This document shows positions 49,370 through 59,485 of a stretch of DNA of 64,000 nt, one piece after another. Position 1 is the stretch's first letter. The number at the start of each line of letters is the position of its first letter. Origin of the DNA: Paracoccaceae bacterium (lineage in GTDB: Bacteria; Pseudomonadota; Alphaproteobacteria; Rhodobacterales; Rhodobacteraceae); assembly GCA_033344815.1 (NCBI GenBank), contig JAWPMR010000001.1:46136-110135 (forward strand), given 5' to 3'. Below the pieces are notes generated by a model. It saw only the letters and a program-made list of their open reading frames with translations, did no database searches and had not been told where the DNA came from. The position numbers and the translations under genes were made by a program.

Positions 49370-51790
49370 ATGCGCACCCATGCTCAGGCCGTCGTCATCG
49401 GAGGCGGCGTTATCGGCTGCTCCATTCTGTATCATCTGACGAAACTGGGCTGGAACGATGTTGTTTTGCTGGAACGGGATGAATTGACCTCGGGGTCCAC
49501 GTGGCACGCAGCCGCCAATATCCACGGCCTGCACGACAGCACCAATATCAGCCGCATCCAACATTATACGATGAACCTCTATAACGCGCTTGAGGCGGAA
49601 ACGGGCCAAAGCTGTGGTGTTTTCCAACCAGGGTCGCTGTATCTCGCACAAACCGTAGAGCGTGAACACCAGCTCCGTTTGCAGGCGGCCAAGGCCAAGT
49701 TATACGGCATGAACTTCCACGAGGTCAGCCGCGATGAAGCAGAGCGCCTTCATCCGCTGGTGAATTTTGAGGGCATCCGCTGCATCATGTGGGAGCCGGA
49801 TGGCGGCAATGTCGACCCCTCCGGTGTGACCAATGCCTATGCCGCCGGCGCGCGGCAAAACGGGGCGGAGATCATTCGGTTTTGTCCCGTCATCGGCACC
49901 GAACAGCAACCGGATGGCACATGGATCGTGCGCACGCCAAAGGGTGACATTGCAAGTGAGTGGGTGATCAATGCGGCTGGCCTCTGGGGGCGCGAAGTTG
50001 CCGCGCTGGCAGGGTTTGAACTGCCACTGCAACCCACAGAGCATCAGTATTTTGTGACTGAGACGATCGCAGAGATTGCCGCGATGGATCGTCGGTTGCC
50101 TTCTGTTGCGGATCGCGACGGGGAATACTACCTGCGCCAGGAGGGCAAGGGACTGTTGGTGGGCGCCTATGAAAAAGATCTGCGTTTCTGGGCGGAGGAG
50201 GGCACGCCGCAAGGGTTTGGTCACGAGCTTTTTGCCGATGATCTCGAACGGATTGAGGACAACATGATGCGCGCCATTGACCGCGTGCCTGCGGTGGGTG
50301 AGGCCGGGATCAAACGGGTGATCAACGGGCCGATGATTTGGTCGCCTGACAGCAATGTGCTTTTTGGGTCGGTCCCGGAACTGTCCAATTATTTTTGCTG
50401 CAACGGGATCATTCCGGGATTTTCGCAATCGGGGGGCATGGGGCTTCTGGCTGCGGATTGGATCGTCACAGGCGAAACGCGATACGACATGTTTGCCTGG
50501 GACGTCGCGCGGTTTGGAAAATGGGCGGACAAAGCCTTCACCAAGGCGCGGGTCGGGGACCAATACGCCAACCGGTTCAAAATTCATTTCCCAAACGAAG
50601 AACGCAGCGCAGGTCGCCCGATGCGCAAACGCACGGCCTATGAGATTCAAAAGGACCTCGGCGCTGTGTTTGGGTTGAACTACGGGTGGGAACATCCGCT
50701 TTGGTACGCGGATAAGCCGGGAACCGAGGACACAGATGGCTTTACGCGCCAGAACTGGTGGGAACCGGTGGGGCGCGAATGCCGGATGTTGCGCGAAAAT
50801 GCCGGTATCATTGATATTTCGAACTTTGCCAAATACCGCTGCAAAGGGCCGGACGCCGAGGCGTGGTTGAACAGTGTCTTTGCCAATACAATGCCTAAAT
50901 CAATTGGGCGCTCGTGCCTGACCCCGCTGATTGGAAAACGAGGCGGGATCGCAGGAGATTTCACGGTGACACGGCTCGGCGAGGACGAGTTCTGGATCAT
51001 CGGATCAGGCATGGCAGAGCGGTATCACAAACGGTTCTTCAAGGCGGTTCCGCTGCCTGAAGGCGCCGCTTTTGAAAGCAAAACGGACGCGATGTGCGGT
51101 TTCAATGTCGCGGGTCCCAAATCCCGTGACATGCTGCAACGCCTGACCAATGCCTCGCTTGCAACGAATGATTTTCCTTTCATGCGCTCGAAATGGATTG
51201 AAATCGGCGGCGTAAGCGTTCTGGCGTTACGGGTCTCGTTTACGGGTGATTTGGGGTGGGAACTGCATTGTGATGCGGGGGATCAGGCGCGTTTGCTGGA
51301 GGTGCTACTGGATGCCGCCAAGGATGTCGGTGCGGGTCCCGTGGGATCGCGCGCCTTGATGAGTTTGCGAGTGGAAAAAGGATATGGCTCATGGGGTCGG
51401 GAATATTCACCGGAATACTGGCCCCAGGAAGTGGGTCTGGACCGCCTGTGCAAGATGGATAAGGACTTTTTGAACAAGAAGGCGGTTGCTGAGACTCTGG
51501 CCAAGGAAGCGCGGGAGCATCTTGTATTATTGGCGTTGGACGCGGCGCAGACCGATGCCTCAAATGCGGATGCAACGGGGGGTGAGCCGATATTCAAAGA
51601 CGGCGAGGGGATTGGCCGCGTCACCTCCGGCACCTATGGCTATTCGGTCGGGATGAGCCTTGCTCTTGGCTATGTAACGGGCGCTCAGCCGGGTGACAGC
51701 GTCGAAGTCATGGTGCTGGGTCAGCCGCACCGCGCCAAGATCCTGCATGAACCGCCCTTCGATCCTTCGGGCGCTCGGTTGCGTGCGTAG
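49370..51790 (+). CDS. GcvT-family FAD-dependent oxidoreductase (dimethylglycine/sarcosine dehydrogenase-like)
   Basis: VIGGGVIG, ELTSGSTWHAA, INGP, DISNFAK, RVSFTGDLGWELH, LRVEKGY. Confidence 0.93.
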   Translation: MRTHAQAVVIGGGVIGCSILYHLTKLGWNDVVLLERDELTSGSTWHAAANIHGLHDSTNISRIQHYTMNLYNALEAETGQSCGVFQPGSLYLAQTVEREHQLRLQAAKAKLYGMNFHEVSRDEAERLHPLVNFEGIRCIMWEPDGGNVDPSGVTNAYAAGARQNGAEIIRFCPVIGTEQQPDGTWIVRTPKGDIASEWVINAAGLWGREVAALAGFELPLQPTEHQYFVTETIAEIAAMDRRLPSVADRDGEYYLRQEGKGLLVGAYEKDLRFWAEEGTPQGFGHELFADDLERIEDNMMRAIDRVPAVGEAGIKRVINGPMIWSPDSNVLFGSVPELSNYFCCNGIIPGFSQSGGMGLLAADWIVTGETRYDMFAWDVARFGKWADKAFTKARVGDQYANRFKIHFPNEERSAGRPMRKRTAYEIQKDLGAVFGLNYGWEHPLWYADKPGTEDTDGFTRQNWWEPVGRECRMLRENAGIIDISNFAKYRCKGPDAEAWLNSVFANTMPKSIGRSCLTPLIGKRGGIAGDFTVTRLGEDEFWIIGSGMAERYHKRFFKAVPLPEGAAFESKTDAMCGFNVAGPKSRDMLQRLTNASLATNDFPFMRSKWIEIGGVSVLALRVSFTGDLGWELHCDAGDQARLLEVLLDAAKDVGAGPVGSRALMSLRVEKGYGSWGREYSPEYWPQEVGLDRLCKMDKDFLNKKAVAETLAKEAREHLVLLALDAAQTDASNADATGGEPIFKDGEGIGRVTSGTYGYSVGMSLALGYVTGAQPGDSVEVMVLGQPHRAKILHEPPFDPSGARLRA

Positions 51791-51847
51791 ACAGGCGGGG
51801 GGATATTATCAGAACGCGAAGTGGTCCAAGTTACACATCTCATGAAA

Positions 51848-51876
51848 AAAGCCGCGCAAAACCAATGCGCGGCTTT
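51848..51876. terminator. Bidirectional intrinsic terminator
   Basis: AAAGCCGCGCA-AAACCAA-TGCGCGGCTTT between convergent genes. Confidence 0.85.
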
Positions 51877-51896
51877 AAAGATGTTGGTTTGTTGGC

Positions 51897-52595
51897 TTAG
51901 CTTGAACGCCTACGACGGCGTATGAGACCCATGCCGCCGAGTGCACTCAACAGCATCAGACCAGCTGCAGGTACCGGAACTGGAGCGAGCGAAACATTCT
52001 CTGGTGTCAGGGAAATATTGTCGATGCCCCAGCCAATGTTAGGCCGGTTTGCGCCAGTCGGTGACCCCACCGTGCGATTGGTGATTTCAACACTGTCAAA
52101 CAGGCCGGAATAGCTGATGGTGGTGATCGTGCCATCGCCAGGCGTTGTTGGTGCAACGCCAGCCTGTCGGAAAACACTTCCGACCACGGTTCCCGCATTC
52201 AGAAAGTTGAACGTGAATTGTTCTGCTTTCTGGCCAGAGCCATCAATATCGGCAATGTCAAATGTGATCGCGCTTGCCAATCCAAAGGACAGGTTCATCG
52301 CGCTGTTCTGGATGAAGTCACCGGTCAGGAAAACGTTACCGAAGGCGCCTGCGGGCGTAACCGAGTCGCTCGGCACAAAGCCGTCGAGTCCACCGCCTGA
52401 TCCAACCAATTGCAAAGCGTTCCCGTCACCAGACGAAAACGTGATGCCGCCATTGATGTAAGTGGTAGAACCAATAGCCACGGTGACGGCATCGCTTGAG
52501 CCAACGGTAGTTTCATTTTCGAAATCAATAACGGCCGCAGATGCGGCGGTTGTCGACACGGCAAAAAGGCCGGCCAATATCGTTGCTTTATACAT
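51897..52595 (-). CDS. VPLPA/PEP-CTERM sorting-signal exported protein
   Basis: Signal peptide; C-terminus APVPVPAAGLMLLSALGGMGLIRRRRRSS. Confidence 0.9.
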   Translation of the reverse strand: MYKATILAGLFAVSTTAASAAVIDFENETTVGSSDAVTVAIGSTTYINGGITFSSGDGNALQLVGSGGGLDGFVPSDSVTPAGAFGNVFLTGDFIQNSAMNLSFGLASAITFDIADIDGSGQKAEQFTFNFLNAGTVVGSVFRQAGVAPTTPGDGTITTISYSGLFDSVEITNRTVGSPTGANRPNIGWGIDNISLTPENVSLAPVPVPAAGLMLLSALGGMGLIRRRRRSS

Positions 52596-52905
52596 ATTTT
52601 CTCCTCATCAGGACCCGCACGTAAAATGCACAAACAGAGCGGGCATCAATTTAACAAACATTAACAGTGGTTAACGTCACTGATGTTTGGCACCCTGTCT
52701 AGCAAATTTGTGCCTAAGACGGTGAAATCGACAAACTTCTATCGGGGGTTATGTTCACAAAGGGAACTTCGCAGTCGTTGTGCAATTTAAAGGCGTTTCG
52801 AACGATCTCAACGCTTGCCTGACGATAGACATCGTTTTCGTTTCGCCGTTTTTTGACGGTTAGAAATTGCCTATCGCTGGCGAAAATTGCTCGGTCGTCG
52901 CGCGG

Positions 52906-54213
52906 TCACAACGGCCTGATTTTCAATTCGGTGATGCGGTTGCCATCCCGCGCGCAGACCTCAAAGCGAAATCCGTGAAAGGAAAATACCTGCCCAGAGG
53001 TCGGGATCATCTGAGCCTCATGGATGACCAGCCCGGCCACCGTATTTGCCTCTTCATCCGGCAGGTTCCAATCGGTGGCTCGGTTGAGGTCGCGGATTGT
53101 CATTGCGCCATCCACGACAAACTGCCCGTCCGGGCCGCTGGTCACTGTTTGATTAGCGTCCTGATCAAATTCATCCGTGATCTCGCCGACGATTTCCTCA
53201 AGGATATCTTCGAGCGTGATCAGACCCTGCAGCGACCCATATTCGTCCACCACCAGCGCAAAATGCGTGTGGCGACGCAGGAACTGGCGCATCTGCTCGT
53301 CAAGGGTCGAGGTCTCTGGCACAAAATAGGGCTTCATCGCCACGTCGATGATGTTGAAGTCGCGCAGGTGACCCGCATCGCCTTCCGGTCCGCCAATGGT
53401 TTTATACATCGCGCGCAGCAGGTCTTTGGCGTGAATCACGCCAATGATGTTTTCCTGATCGTCTTTAAAGACGGGCAGGCGGGTGTGGTTCGACGTCAGG
53501 CATTGTTCCAGGATCTTTTGGGGGCTGTCATCGGCGTCAATCATTTCAATGCCGGATCGGTGCAACATGATCTCTTCGACGGTGCGGTCATTCAGATCAA
53601 GCGCGCCCAGGATCCTGTCGCGATCTTCTTTTTCGACGACGCCCTCGGAGTGCCCCAGATGCAAGGCCCCTGCGATTTCTTCGCGCACGGCCAGAATGTT
53701 GCTGTCGGGATCGATTTTCACACCAAAGAGGCTCAGAACACCGCGCACCAGAAGCCGCACGACCGCAACGATGGGGGAAAAAACCTTGACCACAATCGAA
53801 ATGGGCCAGGATACCATGGAGGCGGCGGCTTCAGAGTTGGTGATTGCATAGGTCTTGGGCAACACCTCGGCGAAGATCAGGACCAGCAGGGTCATGACCA
53901 GCGTGGCCAACGCAACACCGCTTTCACCAAAGGCACGGGTAAAAATCACCGTGGCAAGCGATGCTGCCAGTATGTTCACAAGGTTATTGCCCAGCAAGAC
54001 CGACCCGATCAGGCGCTCGTTATCTTCGGTGATCCTGAGCGCCCGTTTTGCGCCCACCGATCCCTTGTCCGCCTGTGCGCGCAGCTTGCCGCGCGAGGCC
54101 GCCGTCAATGCGGTTTCTGATCCAGAGAAAAATCCGGACAGGACCAGAAGGAAGATGATCACGCCACTTGTGATCCAGAACGTACTATCAAGCGTTGCGC
54201 TCGCCGTTTCCAT
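52906..54213 (-). CDS. HlyC/CorC (CNNM-CBS-CorC) transporter
   Basis: SGFFSGSETAL, LLGNNLVN, FAEVLPK, CBS pair, VVDEYG. Confidence 0.94.
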   Translation of the reverse strand: METASATLDSTFWITSGVIIFLLVLSGFFSGSETALTAASRGKLRAQADKGSVGAKRALRITEDNERLIGSVLLGNNLVNILAASLATVIFTRAFGESGVALATLVMTLLVLIFAEVLPKTYAITNSEAAASMVSWPISIVVKVFSPIVAVVRLLVRGVLSLFGVKIDPDSNILAVREEIAGALHLGHSEGVVEKEDRDRILGALDLNDRTVEEIMLHRSGIEMIDADDSPQKILEQCLTSNHTRLPVFKDDQENIIGVIHAKDLLRAMYKTIGGPEGDAGHLRDFNIIDVAMKPYFVPETSTLDEQMRQFLRRHTHFALVVDEYGSLQGLITLEDILEEIVGEITDEFDQDANQTVTSGPDGQFVVDGAMTIRDLNRATDWNLPDEEANTVAGLVIHEAQMIPTSGQVFSFHGFRFEVCARDGNRITELKIRPL

Positions 54214-54261
54214 TTGGAATGTTACCTTTGAATTTCGATAATAGGGTTATGGGTATCAAGC

Positions 54262-55104
54262 GTGTCTCAATCAAGAGAAGAGCCGCATAAGCACTGTGAT
54301 CTGGGCATAATCAACGGCCCGGTGTTGCTGTTTGGCGGACCCTATTCAAACCGACACGCATTGGAGGCGCTTTTGAGCGAGGGCGATGCGGGTGGGGCAA
54401 CCGGTGCGCGGATGATCTGCACCGGTGATGTGGTTGCCTATTGTGCGGACCCCCAGGCCTGTATCGATCTGTTGATGCGCAGCGGTGCGGCGGTTGTGGC
54501 GGGGAACTGCGAAAAGCAATTGGGGCAGGGGGCTGCGGATTGCGGATGCGGGTTTGAGGATGGCAGCGCCTGTGATCTGTTGAGCAGGGGGTGGTATCCG
54601 TTTGCCCTGTCCCGGGTTGATGTCGATGGACGCGAGTGGATGAACGAGCGCCCGGACATCATCAGCTTTCAACACCATGGCGCGCGCTATGCGGTCATTC
54701 ACGGCGGAATTACCGACATTGCGCGGTTCATCTGGCCCAGCGATCCGGAGGCGGTTTTTGCCGAGGAATGGCAGGCGGTAGAGTCCGCAATTGGTCCTGT
54801 AGATCACGTGATCGCCGGTCATTGCGGGTTGGCCTTTGTCAAAGAGACAGCGCGCGGGCGTTGGATCAATCCCGGTGTCATCGGGATGCCGCCTAATGAC
54901 GGGAGGGTGCAAACGCGTTATGCTGTTCTGGCGCACGGTAAGGTTTCTATCCATCACTTGAGCTATGATGCAGAAGCGGCGGCACGTGAGATGCGTGAGG
55001 CAGATCTCACACAGGGATATGACGCGGCACTGCTCAGCGGTTATTGGCCGTCAGAGGATGTCTTGCCTGACGTTTTGCGTGGCGCGTCGTTGGCCAGCGG
55101 GTGA
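54262..55104 (+). CDS. Calcineurin-like metallophosphoesterase
   Basis: GGPYSN, TGDVVAY, AGNCE, IHGG, AGHCG, INPG. Confidence 0.88.
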   Translation: MSQSREEPHKHCDLGIINGPVLLFGGPYSNRHALEALLSEGDAGGATGARMICTGDVVAYCADPQACIDLLMRSGAAVVAGNCEKQLGQGAADCGCGFEDGSACDLLSRGWYPFALSRVDVDGREWMNERPDIISFQHHGARYAVIHGGITDIARFIWPSDPEAVFAEEWQAVESAIGPVDHVIAGHCGLAFVKETARGRWINPGVIGMPPNDGRVQTRYAVLAHGKVSIHHLSYDAEAAAREMREADLTQGYDAALLSGYWPSEDVLPDVLRGASLASG

Positions 55105-56009
55105 TGGGTCAACACCAATTCTGACAAACGCGCCTCAAGCACATGTGTGTATATCTCCGTGGTCGCCACATCCGCATGTCCGAGCAAGGTTTGGATGGAG
55201 CGCAGATCAGCCCCATTGGCGAGGAGATGCGTGGCAAAGGCGTGGCGCAGCGTATGGGGGGTCACCTTACCCGGCGACACACCTGCGGTGACGGCGAATT
55301 CCTTGATCAGCAGATAGAAACGGTGCCGCGTGAGATGGCCTGCCGCCGAGTTGGACATGAACAGGAATTTGGAAACCGGTTTGCCCGCACCGCGGCGTTT
55401 GTCCTCCAGAGCATCGCGGATTTTCAGCCAATCCGCCAAAGCTTCTCGCGCCGGCGGGGACAGGGGCACCATGCGTTCCTTGCCACCTTTGCCGAGAATC
55501 AGCAGCATCCGGGGATCCCCGCGCGCCGCACTCATCGGCAGGCTTACCAGTTCCGAAACGCGCATGCCTGTCGCATAAAGCAGTTCCATCAGGCATGTGT
55601 TGCGGGCCCGGTCCTGCTCTGTGCGCCCCGAGGCGCGTGCGGCTTCCAGCAAAAGATCAACCTCTGCCTCAGACAGGGTTTTGGGCAGGCGCTTGTCCCG
55701 CCCGGGGCCGGAAATCTGGATCGCAGGATTATCCGGGCGCCAGCCCTCCTCAAAAGCAAAGCGGTACAATTGTTTGATTGCGGACAGGCGCCGCGCGCGT
55801 GTGGCTTTGGACAGTCCTTGCGCGTCGCAATTCACCAAATAGGATTCCACATCCGATTTGCTCACGGCCTCGAAACCTGTTTTGCGATGCGCAAGCCAGC
55901 TCTCAAAATCCTTCAAATCACGGCCATAGGCCAAAAGCGTATTGCGTGCCGCGCCAAGTTCCGCAGCCTGTGCCTCGAGAAAGGCGGATATCCAATGGGT
56001 CTGGGTCAT
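55041..56009 (-). CDS. xerD: Site-specific tyrosine recombinase XerD
   Basis: ARNTLLAYGRD, ATGMRVSEL, GKGGKER, TPHTLRHAFATHLL, LLGH, TEIY. Confidence 0.92.
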   Translation of the reverse strand: MTQTHWISAFLEAQAAELGAARNTLLAYGRDLKDFESWLAHRKTGFEAVSKSDVESYLVNCDAQGLSKATRARRLSAIKQLYRFAFEEGWRPDNPAIQISGPGRDKRLPKTLSEAEVDLLLEAARASGRTEQDRARNTCLMELLYATGMRVSELVSLPMSAARGDPRMLLILGKGGKERMVPLSPPAREALADWLKIRDALEDKRRGAGKPVSKFLFMSNSAAGHLTRHRFYLLIKEFAVTAGVSPGKVTPHTLRHAFATHLLANGADLRSIQTLLGHADVATTEIYTHVLEARLSELVLTHHPLANDAPRKTSGKTSSDGQ

Positions 56010-57562
56010 GCGCCAAACCTGTCCAGCAGCAGAATTTGCAAACTCGCGCGCCGCGCTGTGTCCTCAAGCCCGAGGGCGCGCAGCGTGCCAAGCGCTTCAG
56101 TCAAGGCACTGGCGTCCCCGGCCGCGCCCTCTTCAAGCGCGACGAGGGCATGCAAGATGACCTCGCCCAATTTGCCTTGCCGCGCCATAGCAACATGTTC
56201 GTGGCGCGCGGCATCGGATTTGAACCCATCGATGATCGCCTGTTCAAAGAGGTCCGAAGAAGACAATCCAGACGGATCGCCCGCAGCAACGGCTTGCAGG
56301 AAAGGCGCATCAATGTCCTTTGCCGCACTGCGAAAATCTGCTGACAACAGGGATAGGGTCTGGGCAATATCTGCGGACGGGCCAGTCAAGGCGACCCTGT
56401 CCAATCGTGGGTGAAACAGTCCCGCAAAAGCGGTTTCCAGTTCCGCCGCCTGCATGGCGGCCCAGGCATCTGGCAGTGTTTTCGTAACCGCTTCTTTCGA
56501 CCTTGTATCAAGGGCGGTGTCAAAGTGTTGGATCGCTTCAACCCGGTCCCAAATCCCGCCGGAAGCTGCGGGTAGCCGTTCGGTATAGAGTCCAAGCAGG
56601 CGGTTGTCGGGCAAAGCGCCGGTTTTAGCCAAGCGTTCTGCGGCCTCCAATTGCGCTTTCCACCCCACCAGATCGCTCAGATCGGCCACAGCATAGGCGC
56701 GCGGCAGAAAGCGGGTGGGAAGCGGTTCGCCAACTGTTTCATGAAGTCGAAACGTCAACGGCGTGATCTGTGCCGGCGGGCGCAATGGCGCGAGGCCGTC
56801 GAAATACTCCGGATGCAGAAAACGATCCAGCAGCGCAGTTTCCGAATTAGTCATCACGGATAGTGCGCGCGACGTGTCAAAAAGCAGCGCGGCAGTGGAC
56901 CAATCTCCTTGCCGCGCGGCGCAGAAGATCCGATGTCCGGGTCCCGGGCTCAGGTGTGGTTGCGCGCTCAGGATATTGCAGGCCAGCCATTCATCACCGG
57001 TCAGCAAGGCCAAATCCATGTAAGCGGCGAAATGGGCCTTGTCGCGGGTGACATCAGCCTGTTCGATCAGTGCAATTGCGGGATCCAATGCGCCAAAACG
57101 TTGGAGCGCCGCAACCCGGGCAAGGGTAAAGAGATCCTCCGCACCGCTGTCGTCCCCGGGTCCGCGTGCTTCCGTCAACAGTGCTGTAAACAACAGCGCC
57201 TGTGCCGCAGGCAGGCGAAAATCAGGCAGCTTCGACATTCTGAGGCTGAGATCCTCCGGGTCGCTGGCCTGCCATAAATCCGGCGACAATCCCGTCACCT
57301 CGGCAGGCACAAGCCCGATAATGCGCGCAGCCTCCTCGGACAGCGGCTTGACGTCCACAGTCGGCACCAGCCCGGAACTGGCGACAGGTGGCTCACCCAG
57401 TGGCATCGCCACGGAGGTCAGTGCGGGCTGATCCGGATTCTGCTGGACCCAATCGATGACGGACAGCGGTTGCTCGCCTGGCGTCTCCTGCGCCATGAGT
57501 GACGTCACCAACACGCCGCTCAGCACAAAACAGCAGAGATATGGCAGGGATCTAATTGGCAT
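56006..57562 (-). CDS. Conserved exported hypothetical protein (helical)
   Basis: 518-aa ORF with signal peptide, coupled to xerD; no function recognised. Confidence 0.8.
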   Translation of the reverse strand: MPIRSLPYLCCFVLSGVLVTSLMAQETPGEQPLSVIDWVQQNPDQPALTSVAMPLGEPPVASSGLVPTVDVKPLSEEAARIIGLVPAEVTGLSPDLWQASDPEDLSLRMSKLPDFRLPAAQALLFTALLTEARGPGDDSGAEDLFTLARVAALQRFGALDPAIALIEQADVTRDKAHFAAYMDLALLTGDEWLACNILSAQPHLSPGPGHRIFCAARQGDWSTAALLFDTSRALSVMTNSETALLDRFLHPEYFDGLAPLRPPAQITPLTFRLHETVGEPLPTRFLPRAYAVADLSDLVGWKAQLEAAERLAKTGALPDNRLLGLYTERLPAASGGIWDRVEAIQHFDTALDTRSKEAVTKTLPDAWAAMQAAELETAFAGLFHPRLDRVALTGPSADIAQTLSLLSADFRSAAKDIDAPFLQAVAAGDPSGLSSSDLFEQAIIDGFKSDAARHEHVAMARQGKLGEVILHALVALEEGAAGDASALTEALGTLRALGLEDTARRASLQILLLDRFGA

Positions 57563-57701
57563 CCAGCGTCACTGGAACGCGAACCTCATTTTGTGGCGCT
57601 GAAAAGTCAGCCCCGAAGTAAGGCCCGATATAAGCATAGCCCACAAGACCTATAAACCCGATCACAATCAGGTATGCCAGAAGTTTAAAGACGCGCGACA
57701 T
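57552..57701 (-). CDS. 49-aa single-TM small protein (not in the ORF track)
   Basis: MSRVFKLLAYLIVIGFIGLVGYAYIGPYFGADFSAPQNEVRVPVTLDAN*; overlaps the next start by 11 nt. Confidence 0.8.
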   Translation of the reverse strand: MSRVFKLLAYLIVIGFIGLVGYAYIGPYFGADFSAPQNEVRVPVTLDAN

Positions 57702-57783
57702 TATATTTACTGCCTTGATTGCCTGCCGATTTTTCGAAACTTATATATGGCCTTTCGAGCAATATCACGTCATTCAGAGAAAT

Positions 57784-58377
57784 ATGAGCGATTTTCAGCA
57801 ATCCGTGACGAAAGAAACCCAGACGCGGCCCTTTGTGTTGAAAAAAACCGTCGTGATGGTCGGAATGATGGGGGCTGGCAAGACAGCAGTGGGCCGTACT
57901 CTGGCGCAATTGCTCAATGTCAGCTTTCTCGATTCGGATCTGGAAATCGAAATGGCCGCGAATATGACCGTGCCCGAGATATTTGCCCGTGATGGCGAAG
58001 CTTTTTTCCGGGCACGCGAGACCGAGGTGATCCATCGCCTGCTTCAGGAGCGCAAATGTGTCCTGTCCACTGGCGGGGGAGCGTTTTTATCCGCTGAAAA
58101 TCGCGAAAACATTGCGCGCAGCGGTGTTGCGGTTTGGCTGGATGCGGATCTTGAGCTTTTGTGGAGCCGGGTGCGTCATCGTGATACCCGACCTTTGCTG
58201 CAAACCGCAGACCCCAAAGCGACCCTTGCCGACCTGTTTGCCCAGCGCGTTCCTGAATACAGCAAGGCGGATTTGCGCGTATCCTGTGCGCCCCCTGTGT
58301 CATTGGACAAAATGGCGAAGCGTGTAGCATCCAAATTGCTGACCCGACCGGATGTATTGGAACAAAAGGATGCTTGA
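57784..58377 (+). CDS. aroK: Shikimate kinase
   Basis: GMMGAGKT, DSDLEIE, GEAFFR, STGGG, RPLL. Confidence 0.96.
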   Translation: MSDFQQSVTKETQTRPFVLKKTVVMVGMMGAGKTAVGRTLAQLLNVSFLDSDLEIEMAANMTVPEIFARDGEAFFRARETEVIHRLLQERKCVLSTGGGAFLSAENRENIARSGVAVWLDADLELLWSRVRHRDTRPLLQTADPKATLADLFAQRVPEYSKADLRVSCAPPVSLDKMAKRVASKLLTRPDVLEQKDA

Positions 58378-59485
58378 AACTGTCCATGTCGATTTGCCCG
58401 GCCGCGCATACGATGTTCGGATCGGGCCGGGATTGCTGGAACGTGCGGGCATTGACATCGCGCCCCTTCTGTCACGGCCCAAAGTGGCGATCCTGACCGA
58501 TGAAACCGTCGCTGCGCTGCATCTGGAGACGTTGAAAGCAGGTCTTGCCCGTGCGGGGATCACAGCGGAAGCGCTGGCCTTGCCGGCGGGTGAGGTGACA
58601 AAATCCTGGGGTCCGCTGGAGCAAAGCGTGGGCTGGTTGTTGGACCAGCGCGTGGAGCGCGGCGACATGGTGATCGCATTTGGCGGCGGCGTGATCGGTG
58701 ACTTGGCGGGCTTTGCCGCCGCCATCCTGCGCCGTGGTGTGCGGTTTGTGCAGATGCCGACCTCGCTTCTGGCGCAGGTGGACAGCTCGGTGGGTGGCAA
58801 GACAGGGATCAACGCCACGCAGGGCAAAAACCTGATCGGGGCATTTCATCAACCCTCGCTGGTGCTCGCGGATACGGGCGTTTTGGGCACGTTGGAGCCG
58901 CGTGATTTTCTGGCGGGTTACGGCGAGGTCGTGAAATACGGCCTGCTTGGGGATGCTAGTTTTTTTGACTGGCTCGAAGAGCAGGGACCAGCCCTTGCCG
59001 CAGGAGACATGCAGGCCCGTGTCGAGGCGGTGCGCTGGTCGGTGCAGATGAAGGCGGATATCGTCACGCGCGACGAAAAAGAACACGGGGACCGCGCGCT
59101 GTTGAACCTGGGACATACATTCGGCCATGCGCTTGAAGCGGCGACGGGTTACTCAGACCGATTGCTGCACGGCGAAGGTGTCGCGGTGGGTTGTGCGCTG
59201 GCCTTTGAATTGTCGTCTCGTTTGGGGCTGTGTTCGCAAGAAGATCCCAGCCGGGTGCGGGCGCATCTCAAGGAGATGGGCATGAAAACCGACATTTCCG
59301 ATATCCCCGGAGATTTGCCGGATGCGGATGGGCTGCTGGATCTGATGGGGCAGGATAAGAAGGTCGAGCAGGGGGTTCTGCGCTTTATCCTCGCGCGCGG
59401 CATCGGCAAGGCATTCATCACGTCCGACGTGCCGGGTGATGCAGTGCGCGGCGTATTGAAGGATGCTTTGCGCGGGCGTGCCTAG
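58370..59485 (+). CDS. aroB: 3-dehydroquinate synthase
   Basis: GGGVIGD, TSLLAQVDSSVGGKTG, KNLIGAFHQP, NLGHTFGHA, HGEGV. Confidence 0.97.
   Translation: MLETVHVDLPGRAYDVRIGPGLLERAGIDIAPLLSRPKVAILTDETVAALHLETLKAGLARAGITAEALALPAGEVTKSWGPLEQSVGWLLDQRVERGDMVIAFGGGVIGDLAGFAAAILRRGVRFVQMPTSLLAQVDSSVGGKTGINATQGKNLIGAFHQPSLVLADTGVLGTLEPRDFLAGYGEVVKYGLLGDASFFDWLEEQGPALAAGDMQARVEAVRWSVQMKADIVTRDEKEHGDRALLNLGHTFGHALEAATGYSDRLLHGEGVAVGCALAFELSSRLGLCSQEDPSRVRAHLKEMGMKTDISDIPGDLPDADGLLDLMGQDKKVEQGVLRFILARGIGKAFITSDVPGDAVRGVLKDALRGRA

Noticed and set aside
52688-52715. Sigma54 -24/-12 promoter for the CTERM gene
   Set aside because: GG-to-GC spacing is 9 nt on the minus strand and 11 nt on the plus strand, not the required 10.
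52867-56414. Long antisense ORFs 52867..54120 and 55143..56414 (also 13436..14335, 49700..50695 and similar)
   Set aside because: These are shadows of well-supported genes in GC-rich DNA and carry no motifs.
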